Assembly (NCBI GenBank): GCA_944350425.1
Contig: CALVOX010000001.1
Span: forward strand, 41,155 to 105,154
Reading direction: 5' to 3'
DNA: 64,000 nt
Source of the DNA: an uncultured Bacilli bacterium
GTDB lineage: Bacteria > Bacillota_I > Bacilli_A > RFN20 > CAG-826
How positions within the stretch are numbered: position 1 is the stretch's first letter; each line of letters opens with the position of its first letter. The notes under the pieces are model-generated. The model was not told the DNA's origin. It did not search any database and saw only the letters and a program-made list of their open reading frames with translations. The position numbers and the translations under genes were made by a program. Shown piece by piece: positions 38,038 to 47,322 of this stretch.

Positions 38038-38772
38038 ATGATACTTAAAAGAAAAATATCGACAGCTATATTTTCATTACTTACTATATTTTCATTAGCT
38101 TCATGTACTTCTAAAATTCCTGATGGTCCTGTTAAAGATTATATAAATGGTTTCTCCATTACTTTAGCTGAAAAAAATATTCACTCTGCATCCTTAATAT
38201 ATGAAAATATCGAATATGATGCTGATGGTAAAGAAAAAGGTAAAGCCTATTGCTACTTTGAATTTGACAATAATGACTCTGATTATCCATATTTATATTT
38301 ATACCGTACTTATGAAGGCAGTTTAATTCAAGATGACGGAATAAAAGAAAAAGAAGTACTTCAATATATTTCTAATGAAAATGAAGAAGTAGGTTATGAT
38401 AAAACCGATGGAGTAATTAAAGAACTCGATGTTAGTAAGACAACAATTAATGATTCAATAACTTCATTCTTTTATAAAGATAAAACTTATGATTATTACC
38501 GTGGCGGTCTTTATTATGGTGATTTAGTTAAGATAAGCGCTGAAAAATGGCATATTAACTTTTCGATTAATGAAGATGGATTATTACGTTATCATTTACT
38601 AAATGATATGACTTATGAAGGCGTAATTTTTAATACTGATTATACTTTAACAAAAGAAGGTATGTTAAAAGACTATTATTATGATGGGCAAATAATCGAA
38701 ACTAAAGAAAAAGTAGTTAATACCATAAATGTTACATATAATGTTTCTTTAAATAAAAAAGAAACACTATGA
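38038..38772 (+). CDS. Lipoprotein of unknown function
   Basis: Lipobox LASC after MILKRKISTAIFSLLTIFS. No obvious RBS. Confidence 0.55.
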   Translation: MILKRKISTAIFSLLTIFSLASCTSKIPDGPVKDYINGFSITLAEKNIHSASLIYENIEYDADGKEKGKAYCYFEFDNNDSDYPYLYLYRTYEGSLIQDDGIKEKEVLQYISNENEEVGYDKTDGVIKELDVSKTTINDSITSFFYKDKTYDYYRGGLYYGDLVKISAEKWHINFSINEDGLLRYHLLNDMTYEGVIFNTDYTLTKEGMLKDYYYDGQIIETKEKVVNTINVTYNVSLNKKETL

Positions 38773-38989
38773 TTTATATAACCTGTAAGCACTTTCATTA
38801 ATTTTTTATAAAATTCCTAAAAAATACGATAATCATCAATATTTTTTTATGAAAATTTAATGAAAATATTTCTATTTTCTATCTAATTGAGGCCCTAAAA
38901 TTTATTATCTTTTTATTTCTACTGTAAAATAAAATCATTCAAAAGAAATTTAACTTTTGAACGAAACCACTCATAGGAGGTAAAAAGAT

Positions 38990-39148
38990 ATGTCTAATTT
39001 TAAAAAATTCTTATTTGATAACAATGATTACGAATATACAAGAAATGAAAATAAGGATAATGTTGAATTAATTGGAGTTTCTTCATTTTCATATAAATAT
39101 GGTGAAGTTATTCCTTCAGTATCATTTATTAGAAAAATCAATAACTAA
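38990..39148 (+). CDS. Small ORF (52 aa) with strong RBS
   Basis: AGGAGG 9 nt upstream of the ATG. MSNFKKFLFDNNDYEYTRNENKDNVELIGVSSFSYKYGEVIPSVSFIRKINN. Followed by a terminator. Confidence 0.35.
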   Translation: MSNFKKFLFDNNDYEYTRNENKDNVELIGVSSFSYKYGEVIPSVSFIRKINN

Positions 39149-39187
39149 TAAATAATTATTCTTAAATTATTATTTCTTATATTTTCT

Positions 39188-39224
39188 AAACTTCTTTATT
39201 AGAAATAAAGAAGTTTTTATTTAA
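39188..39224 (+). terminator. Rho-independent terminator
   Basis: aaacttctttat-tagaa-ataaagaagttt followed by ttatttaatt. Confidence 0.55.
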
Positions 39225-39286
39225 TTAGAAAGTAATCTTGTTATAAAAAATATATGAAATTGAACTTAACGAAAACCACTTGATAA

Positions 39287-40036
39287 AATAAAGAAACATG
39301 TGGCTTTGCTTCTCTTCTTAGAAAAGTTAGTGTTATAGGTGATTCTTTATCTAGTGGTGAATTTGAATCTACTGATGAAAAAGGAAATATTGTCTATAAC
39401 GATATGTATGAATATTCTTGGCCTAGCATTTTAAGTAGATTAACCGGCGCTGAATATCTAAATTTTTCTAGAGGCGGGATGATATTTAAAGAGTTTTACG
39501 AAACACGGGCAGACAAAAATAATTTTTGCGTAAAATGCCCAGCTTACATTATTTTCTTAGGAAATAATGATTTATTTGTATACAATCAAAAAGTAGAAGC
39601 GTAAGCGACATTAACTTACTTGATCCATCTAAAAATCCTGACACTTATTTTGGATATATGGGAAAAGTTATTTCAAAACTAAAATCTTTAGAAAAGGATG
39701 CAAGAATCTTTTTAACTTCAATACAAATTGACGAAATGAGTGAAGAAAGAACAAGAGTAGTTAAATATGTTAGCGAAGAAATGAAATAGTCGTTAAACTT
39801 TATTCTTTCACATATTTATTAGATTTTACCCAATATTTATTCAAATATGATGAAGAAGCAATAAAAAAATTGCCATGGGATTTCATCCATCTCCATTAGG
39901 ATACTACTCATTAGCTTTAGCTTTTGGGAATTACATTGATTATATAATTCGTCAAAATCCAGAAGACTTTAGAAAAATGGCCTTTGTAGGTACTGAATTA
40001 ATAAACATCAGTTATCCTGACAATTTTGGCGAATAA
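39287..40036 (+). pseudogene. SGNH/GDSL hydrolase pseudogene (no start codon; frameshifts and stops)
   Basis: The frame opens at 39287 without any ATG/GTG/TTG before VIGDSLSSG (GDSL block I). A 66-aa piece ends at 39604. Downstream frames carry …GYMGKVISKL… and …PWDFIHLH (DxxH block V) separated by stops. Confidence 0.6.
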
Positions 40037-40152
40037 TTAAAAAACTTGTTAAAAATATGTCTCATATAATTTATTTGATGAATTAGTTTCATTTATAAAA
40101 TCATCCTATTTTTGTTCTTGTATTCAATACTAAAAGGTATAAAATTTCAGTC

Positions 40153-41580
40153 ATGAATTCCAAAACTTTAGGTATATTAAGTTTATTTAGAAGAAACAAA
40201 GAAACGATAAAATTGGCAATTCCTGTTTTCATAGAATTACTACTAAATGTTGGCATAAATTATGTTAATCAATTTATGTTTGCAGGTTTTCCTGTTGCCA
40301 CAAATGCAATAGGACAAGTAAATCAAATTTCTAATATTTTTATTGTTAGTTTCTCAGTTTTATCTACATCATCCTTAATCTTAATAACCCAACTGAGGGG
40401 CTCTCAAGACGAAAATGGCATTAAGAAAATATATCCTTTAACCTTATTTTTAAATCTAATAATTGGAATTATTGTTGCTTTAATTTTGTTTTTAATTTCA
40501 CCTTTCATCTTTAATATAATGCAAGTTGATTCATCAATTATACATTTTGCGAAACTTTACTTATATATAACTGCTCCATCCTTAATATTTTATTCAATAA
40601 ATCAAGCCTATTCTTCATTTTTAAGAGCTAATAAAAGAATGGTTGAGCCAACAATTATTTCATTAGTTACTAACGGTGTTAATATTCTCGCATGTGTTAT
40701 TGTTTTACGGGGAATTAATACATTAACTCTTGAACAAAAATTGATTGGAGTAGGTTTTGCCACATTACTTTCAAGAATTATATCCTGCATTGTCTCATAT
40801 ATCTTTTTTAGAGTTAAAGTTAAGACAAAAATTAGTTTAAAAAAATTACAACCATTTCCAATAAATTTCTTAACAAAACAATTAAAAATTGGACTTCCAA
40901 CTGCAGGAGAAACTCTTTCTTATAATCTTTCACAATTTGTCTTAACAATTATTGTTAATGCATCTTGTAGTGTTTTAGATCAAAATCTAAGAACATACAT
41001 TATGACTTTCACTTCAATAATTTATTTATTTGCTAGTGGTTCGGGTATTGCAATGCAAGTTATTGAAGGTATGGCTTTAGGCAAAGAAAATAAAGATGAA
41101 GCTTATAAACTTGTTACAGATACAGGAAAAATGGCAAGAATTGTATCTTTTATTCTTTCTTTAATTGTACTAGCTATTGCTTATCCTACGTTTATGGGTT
41201 TAATGAGTAGTGCGGTAAATGATCCAGAAATTAATGTTAATGGTGTAGATACCTCTTATTGTGGTCTTACAGCAGTTTTATGCTTATCAATTAATGTTAT
41301 TTTAGAACAAGGAAGAGCGACAAATTTAATTTACGTAAAAGGATTAGAAACTGCAGGTGATATAGCTTTCCCAGTATGTAGTTCAATAGTGACTTCATGG
41401 TTATTTACTGTTGGAGTGTCGGCCCTATTATGTTTAGTTTTTAATTTAGGAATCTACGGTGCTTTTATAGGTGCTATGCTTGATGAATGTATAAGAGGAA
41501 TCGGTTTTTATATCCGTTGGAAAAAAGGTTCGTGGAGAAAAATTGATCTTCTTAAAGGAATTAAAAAAGAGAATTCTTAG
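40153..41580 (+). CDS. MATE/MOP-superfamily efflux transporter
   Basis: 475 aa with 12 predicted TM helices, N- and C-terminal halves repeated. Confidence 0.7.
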   Translation: MNSKTLGILSLFRRNKETIKLAIPVFIELLLNVGINYVNQFMFAGFPVATNAIGQVNQISNIFIVSFSVLSTSSLILITQLRGSQDENGIKKIYPLTLFLNLIIGIIVALILFLISPFIFNIMQVDSSIIHFAKLYLYITAPSLIFYSINQAYSSFLRANKRMVEPTIISLVTNGVNILACVIVLRGINTLTLEQKLIGVGFATLLSRIISCIVSYIFFRVKVKTKISLKKLQPFPINFLTKQLKIGLPTAGETLSYNLSQFVLTIIVNASCSVLDQNLRTYIMTFTSIIYLFASGSGIAMQVIEGMALGKENKDEAYKLVTDTGKMARIVSFILSLIVLAIAYPTFMGLMSSAVNDPEINVNGVDTSYCGLTAVLCLSINVILEQGRATNLIYVKGLETAGDIAFPVCSSIVTSWLFTVGVSALLCLVFNLGIYGAFIGAMLDECIRGIGFYIRWKKGSWRKIDLLKGIKKENS

Positions 41581-41649
41581 AATTATTTATTCTTGCAAAC
41601 TGAATATATATTAAAGAAGGTTGTTATCGATATATTTACACTTAAGATT

Positions 41650-41915
41650 AAGTTTACTTCTAAAGTAAAATAAGGTATTATTTTTCTTGTTAAAAGACAC
41701 GTCTTTAAGAAAAGTTTTCTAACTAGAGAAAGTAACATTTTTGGTGGAAGTTACTAGAAAATCCTTAAAGGTATCACTTTTAAATTATCATTTTTATATA
41801 TACAAAATAAGTGTATATTCTTATTTTTCAAAATAAGAATATAAACTAAGGTGGTACCGCGGATAAAATATAGTATATTCGTCCTTAGAAAATTATTTTT
41901 CTAAGGATTTTTATT
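41650..41915 (+). promoter_or_regulatory. T-box riboswitch leader (Ile) with terminator
   Basis: T-box sequence aaactaaggtggtaccgcgg (41844-41862). Terminator tccttagaaaa-ttat-ttttctaagga plus ttttatt immediately before ileS. The 5' boundary is approximate. Confidence 0.75.
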
Positions 41916-41935
41916 TATTAAATAAGGAGAAGAAC

Positions 41936-44665
41936 ATGGATCTAAAATCAAGTTTATTAATGCCTAAAACTAATTTTGAAATGAGAGGCAATTTAAATCA
42001 AAAAGAACCAAAATATCTTGAAAAATGGGATAAAGAAGATATTTATCATAAAATGAATGAGGGTAAAGACTTATCATTTATGCTTCACGATGGTCCTCCA
42101 TATGCTAATGGTGCGATGCACTGTGGGCATATGTTAAACCGACTTTTAAAAGATTTTGTCGTTAGATTTAAAAATATGGAAGGATATAATACCCCATTTA
42201 TTTTTGGTCGGGATACTCATGGTCTTCCAATTGAAAATATGGTTACTAAAAGTGGAGTTGATAGAAAAAGAACTCCAATTGTTGAGTTTAGAAAAATCTG
42301 TGAACAATATGCTTTTAGTCAAGTTGAAAAACAAAAATCCGATATTAAAAGACTTGGTTGTTTAGGCGATTATGATCACCCTTATTTGACATTACATAAA
42401 GAATTTGAAGCAAATGAAATCCATGTTTTTGCTACAATGGCTTTAAAAGGTTTAATTTATAAAGGACTTAAACCTGTTTATTGGTCTCCATCAAGTGAAA
42501 GTGCTTTAGCTGAAGCTGAAATTGAATATGCTGATGTTAAAGCAAAAACAATCTTTGTAAGTTTCGATACTAAAGATGGAAAAGGTATTGTTCCAAATGA
42601 TTCTAAATTTATTATTTGGACAACAACCCCATGGACTTTGCCTGCTAACCTTGCAATTTGTGCTAATCCTGAATTTATATATGGTTTATTTGAAACAAAT
42701 TTAGGTAAACTAGTATTTTTAAGTGAACTTAAAGATAAATTATCTGAAACTTTAGGACTTACTAAGTGTGAATTAATTAAAGAAATTAAGGGTAAAGATT
42801 TAGAAGGTATCACTACAAATCATCCTTTCTATGATAGAGAGTCTCTTCTTATTTTAGGAGATTATGTTACTAGCGAAACTGGTTCAGGTTTAGTTCATAT
42901 TGCTCCAGGTCATGGTATGGATGACTATTTAGTCTGCTTAAAATATGGTATTAAACCATATTGTCCAGTAGATGAACATGGTAAGATGATGGAAGATTGT
43001 GGTCCTAGACTTGCAGGACTTTTCTATGAAGATGCAAATGAAGAAGTTTTAAAAATCTTAGAAGAAAATCATCATCTTTTAAAAGAAGAAGATATTGTCC
43101 ACTCTTATCCTCACGATTGGAGAACACATAAACCTGTCATTTTTAGAGCTACAAAACAATGGTTCTGTTCAATTGAACCAATTAGAGATGAATTAATCGA
43201 TCTTGTTCATAAAATTAATTGGTCACCTAAATGGGGTGAAACTAGAATGGTCAATATGATTAAAGATAGAGCAGATTGGTGTATTTCCAGACAAAGAGTT
43301 TGGGGTGTCCCAATTCCTATTATTTATTGTGAAGACGAAACACCTATTATTGATGAAAAAGTATTTGATCATATTGAAAAATTAATAAGAGAAAAAGGTT
43401 CTAACGTTTGGTATGAATTAGATGAAAAAGAACTTTTACCTGAAGGATATAGTAATCCTCATTCGCCAAATGGCATCTTTAAGAAAGAAAAAGATATTAT
43501 GGATGTTTGGTTTGATTCAGGTTCTTCTTGGAACGGGGTTTTAAAAGAAAGAGGACTTAAATATCCGGCAGATTTATATTTAGAAGGTAGTGATCAATAT
43601 AGAGGTTGGTTTAACTCGTCATTAATTTTAAGTGTAGCAATTAATGACGTTGCTCCATTTAAAACATGTGTTTCTCATGGCTTCGTAATGGATGAAAAAT
43701 GGGAAAAAATGTCTAAATCTAAAGGAAATGGTATTGATCCATTAAAGATTATCAATATTTATGGTAGCGATACTCTTAGACTTTGGGCATCATTAGTTGA
43801 TTATCAACAAGATGTTAGAATTTCTGAAAGTATTATAAAAACAATAAGTGAACAATATCGTAAAATAAGAAATACTTTTAAATTCTTACTAGGAAATATT
43901 TCTTCATTTAATGAAAATGAAGAAATAGAAATTAATGAATATATTGATAAGTGTATCTTAGCTAAATTTGAAAGTGTTAAAAATTCATATCTAGAAGCAA
44001 TGAATGAATACGACTTTATTAATGCTGTTACTAAAGTCATTAGCTTCATGTCTAGTGATCTATCTTCTTTCTATTTAGATATTACAAAAGATATTTTGTA
44101 TTGTGAAGGTTTAGATTCATTAAGAAGAAAACAAGTAGTAAAAGTATTAAAAGAGATTACTGAAGATTTAATGATTATGTTAAATCCTATTCTTCCATTT
44201 ACAATGGAAGAAGTAAATCAAAACTATCCATTTAAAAAGTTTGATAATGTAATGCTTTATCAAATGGTTAAAGAAACTCATGAATATGATGAATCTTATT
44301 TAGTTAACTTTGATAAACTTTTAGTTTTAAGAAATGAAGTTTTAAAAGTAGCAGAAGTTAAAAGAAATGAAGGTGAAATTAAATCTAACCAAGAAGCTAG
44401 TGTTACATTAAATATATTTGATAAAGAAATGAAAGAATTATTTGATAAGTTATCAAATGATGAACAAAAACGTTTCTTTATTGTATCTGAAGTTAAATAT
44501 GATGAATCACTAACTGAAAATAAAGGTAAAGTATCTTATGTTAAAGTTAGCCATGTCCATGGCGAAAAATGTAAGAGATGTTGGAATTATTATGATGAAA
44601 AAGATTTAACTTTAGTAGATGGAGATTATATATGTCCAAGATGTTTGAAGGCTTTAAAGAAATAA
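41936..44665 (+). CDS. ileS: Isoleucine--tRNA ligase
   Basis: HCGHMLN (HIGH-type), KMSKSKGN, and a C-terminal Zn ribbon CKRCW…CPRC. Confidence 0.95.
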   Translation: MDLKSSLLMPKTNFEMRGNLNQKEPKYLEKWDKEDIYHKMNEGKDLSFMLHDGPPYANGAMHCGHMLNRLLKDFVVRFKNMEGYNTPFIFGRDTHGLPIENMVTKSGVDRKRTPIVEFRKICEQYAFSQVEKQKSDIKRLGCLGDYDHPYLTLHKEFEANEIHVFATMALKGLIYKGLKPVYWSPSSESALAEAEIEYADVKAKTIFVSFDTKDGKGIVPNDSKFIIWTTTPWTLPANLAICANPEFIYGLFETNLGKLVFLSELKDKLSETLGLTKCELIKEIKGKDLEGITTNHPFYDRESLLILGDYVTSETGSGLVHIAPGHGMDDYLVCLKYGIKPYCPVDEHGKMMEDCGPRLAGLFYEDANEEVLKILEENHHLLKEEDIVHSYPHDWRTHKPVIFRATKQWFCSIEPIRDELIDLVHKINWSPKWGETRMVNMIKDRADWCISRQRVWGVPIPIIYCEDETPIIDEKVFDHIEKLIREKGSNVWYELDEKELLPEGYSNPHSPNGIFKKEKDIMDVWFDSGSSWNGVLKERGLKYPADLYLEGSDQYRGWFNSSLILSVAINDVAPFKTCVSHGFVMDEKWEKMSKSKGNGIDPLKIINIYGSDTLRLWASLVDYQQDVRISESIIKTISEQYRKIRNTFKFLLGNISSFNENEEIEINEYIDKCILAKFESVKNSYLEAMNEYDFINAVTKVISFMSSDLSSFYLDITKDILYCEGLDSLRRKQVVKVLKEITEDLMIMLNPILPFTMEEVNQNYPFKKFDNVMLYQMVKETHEYDESYLVNFDKLLVLRNEVLKVAEVKRNEGEIKSNQEASVTLNIFDKEMKELFDKLSNDEQKRFFIVSEVKYDESLTENKGKVSYVKVSHVHGEKCKRCWNYYDEKDLTLVDGDYICPRCLKALKK

Positions 44666-45357
44666 TTAAAAGATATTATAAATTAGTAATCTTCTTTATA
44701 GTATTTTCCTTACTTATTTGTATTGTTGATCAAATAAGTAAATGGGCTGCTTATTCTTTACTTGGTCCATTAAATTCGACTCTAGTTCCAGGAGATGATC
44801 TTCCTAGTCAATATGGACAAAGTGTAACTATAATTCCTGGATTATTAAATTTTACCCTTTTAACAAATAATGGTGCGGCTTTTGGAATGGGTGGAAATAC
44901 TCTTGGAATGAGAATTGTTTTTATAATTATTTCTTGGGCTGTATTTATCTTTTTACCTTTAATTCTTTTATATTTTTTAAATAAACATAAATTTGTAAAT
45001 AAAGATAAATTAACATTTATTCATATAATGTATTTTATTGCTTTAATATTTATTTATGGTGGTAATTTAGGCAATTTAATCGATAGAACATTCTATTGGG
45101 GAATACCTTGTGGTGTTATTGATTTTATCGATATTTCTCCTTTAATTCCTAATTTTGGTGTATTTAATATTGCAGATTCTTTTGTAGTAATTGGAGTATT
45201 ATTGGTACTTGTTACTTTAATTATCGAAATGTTTAAAGGTGATGATAAATCGAAAAAAGAATTAGAAAGTGTTAAAACTAATAATTTAACTAACCAAAAT
45301 AATAATAGTAGTAGTAACGATAAAGTAAACGAAAATGAAAGAGATTCTAGTAACTAA
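44632..45357 (+). CDS. lspA: Lipoprotein signal peptidase II with extended termini
   Basis: NNGAAFG, IDRTFYWG…VIDFIDI and FNIADS motifs. 241 aa versus a typical ~160, with an N/S-rich C-terminal tail. Confidence 0.85.
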   Translation: MSKMFEGFKEIIKRYYKLVIFFIVFSLLICIVDQISKWAAYSLLGPLNSTLVPGDDLPSQYGQSVTIIPGLLNFTLLTNNGAAFGMGGNTLGMRIVFIIISWAVFIFLPLILLYFLNKHKFVNKDKLTFIHIMYFIALIFIYGGNLGNLIDRTFYWGIPCGVIDFIDISPLIPNFGVFNIADSFVVIGVLLVLVTLIIEMFKGDDKSKKELESVKTNNLTNQNNNSSSNDKVNENERDSSN

Positions 45358-46237
45358 AGATATAGAGACTTTACGTTTAGATAAAGTTTTAGCTTTAAAA
45401 GATACATCTCATTCAAGAGAATATTTTTCATTTTTAATTAAAAATAAGCATTGTTTAGTTAATAATGAAATTAAATCACCTTCTTATAAAGTAAAAGAAG
45501 GTGATTTAATAACATATGAATACGAAGAAAAAGATACTAATTTAAATTTAAAACCATATGAATTTAAATTAGATATTATTTATCAAGATGATGATTTACT
45601 TGTTATTAATAAACCGAAAGGATTAGTTGTTCATCCAGGAAGCGGGCATGAAAATGATACACTCGTTAATGCTTTAATTTTTAATAAGATTGAACTATCG
45701 ACGATTAATGGTCTTCATAGAGTTGGAATAGTACATCGAATTGATAAAGATACATCGGGATTACTTTTAATTTGTAAAAACGATTATGTTCATAATGAAA
45801 TTGCTAAACAATTAAAAACTCATTCAATGCATCGAGAATATATCGCTTTAGTTGATGGAGTTATTTTAGAAGATAATGGAAAAATAATTGGTAAAATTGG
45901 TCGAGATAAAGATAATAGACTTAAAATGGCGATTGATCCTAAAAACGGAAAAGAAGCAGTTACCCATTTTAAAGTATTAAAAAGATATCAAAAATATACT
46001 TTAATTGATTGTACTTTAGAAACTGGTAGAACTCACCAAATTAGAGTTCATATGTCTTATATAAAACATCCAATTGTCGGAGATACTTTATATAAAGGAA
46101 GTAATCAAATTTACGATAATGGTCAACTTTTACATGCTTATCGTTTAACTTTTTTTCATCCAATATTAAAAAAAGAAATGAGCTTTACTTGCCCACTTCC
46201 TTCTTATTTTAATGAAGTATTAGATAAATTAAACTAA
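45335..46237 (+). CDS. rluD: RluA-family 23S rRNA pseudouridine synthase (RluD-like)
   Basis: S4-like N-terminus. HRIDKDTSGLLL catalytic-Asp motif. Confidence 0.85.
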   Translation: MKEILVTKDIETLRLDKVLALKDTSHSREYFSFLIKNKHCLVNNEIKSPSYKVKEGDLITYEYEEKDTNLNLKPYEFKLDIIYQDDDLLVINKPKGLVVHPGSGHENDTLVNALIFNKIELSTINGLHRVGIVHRIDKDTSGLLLICKNDYVHNEIAKQLKTHSMHREYIALVDGVILEDNGKIIGKIGRDKDNRLKMAIDPKNGKEAVTHFKVLKRYQKYTLIDCTLETGRTHQIRVHMSYIKHPIVGDTLYKGSNQIYDNGQLLHAYRLTFFHPILKKEMSFTCPLPSYFNEVLDKLN

Positions 46238-47176
46238 ACTTGGATTTAACATATCTAATACATCGTTATAGTTTGCAAATGATTTCTTAGCTATTTTATT
46301 AAATTCTTCAATCCCAAATTTATGAATGAAAGCTCTTGAAAAGATATTGACTTTTCCACTAGCTCCTAAAGGAATATTAACGTTATATTTATGATTTAAA
46401 GCATCTATTTCTTGCAAGAATAAATATCTAGCAATACAAGAAGCTAAAGCAACGCTAGGAAAATAAGTCTCCCCTTTTTCTCTAAAAACTATATTACGTT
46501 GAACTTTACTCATTCCTTCTAAATAAGAATAATATTTATCACATGTACAAAATTGATCGACATAAACGTTATGAACATAAGGGAAACGAGCATGAAGTTT
46601 AAGCAAACAATAGTTATGTAAAATTGCCTTAACTTTATTTAAATTAAAACCTTTAGAAGTAGCATTATTAAACTTCTCGTTAGTTAAAACTTTAGCTTCA
46701 TAATATACTTTCTTTAGAATTAATGGTACAAAGTTTAATATTTGTTTATCACTTAACTTTTTAGAATCAGAAATATGATATTCTTCGATAATTTTCATCG
46801 TTTCTTCATCAACATAAGCCGCACAGACGACGATTGGACCTAAAAAATCACCAGTACCAACTTCATCGCTACCTATTTGAAAATCAACGTCGATATAAAT
46901 AGGAGATTCCTTTGAAATTTTTTTCTTTTTTGGAATAGAATTAACATCATCGCTATAAATAGAAGCAATTTTTAAAGGATCTGGTCCTTGAAAAGTTACT
47001 TTATTATAATTTTTATTCTTATTATCGTAAGCAGTAATCATATATCCATCTTTCTTAGCAACAAAAAGGATATAACCAACATTTTCTTCGATTATGTAAT
47101 CTTTAAAATCTTCTTTTAACCTTAAAAGATTATCTTTGCTTACTTTTACACTTAACACTCTTTTAGTATAACACAT
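46229..47176 (-). CDS. rnhC: Ribonuclease HIII
   Basis: GSDEVGTGDFLGPIVVCAAYVD plus an N-terminal ~90-aa TBP-like extension, as in B. subtilis RnhC. Confidence 0.75.
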   Translation of the reverse strand: MCYTKRVLSVKVSKDNLLRLKEDFKDYIIEENVGYILFVAKKDGYMITAYDNKNKNYNKVTFQGPDPLKIASIYSDDVNSIPKKKKISKESPIYIDVDFQIGSDEVGTGDFLGPIVVCAAYVDEETMKIIEEYHISDSKKLSDKQILNFVPLILKKVYYEAKVLTNEKFNNATSKGFNLNKVKAILHNYCLLKLHARFPYVHNVYVDQFCTCDKYYSYLEGMSKVQRNIVFREKGETYFPSVALASCIARYLFLQEIDALNHKYNVNIPLGASGKVNIFSRAFIHKFGIEEFNKIAKKSFANYNDVLDMLNPSLV

Positions 47177-47322
47177 AATTTTATTTTTGTTTATTTTTTT
47201 CGATAGTTATCCTATTTTTTGCTATTTTGATACTTAGAAAATCAATGTTAATTTAACTATTTTTTAAACCTTATCTATATTATAATTATTAAAGTCTATA
47301 AACTAGAAACTACTAAATTAAT

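Noticed and set aside
40608-40790. 60-aa minus ORF
   Set aside because: Antisense within the MATE transporter gene.
42146-44049. Short ORFs inside ileS (42146-42334 -, 42156-42365 +, 42478-42813 -, 43804-44049 -)
   Set aside because: Alternative-frame or antisense ORFs within a 909-aa aaRS gene.
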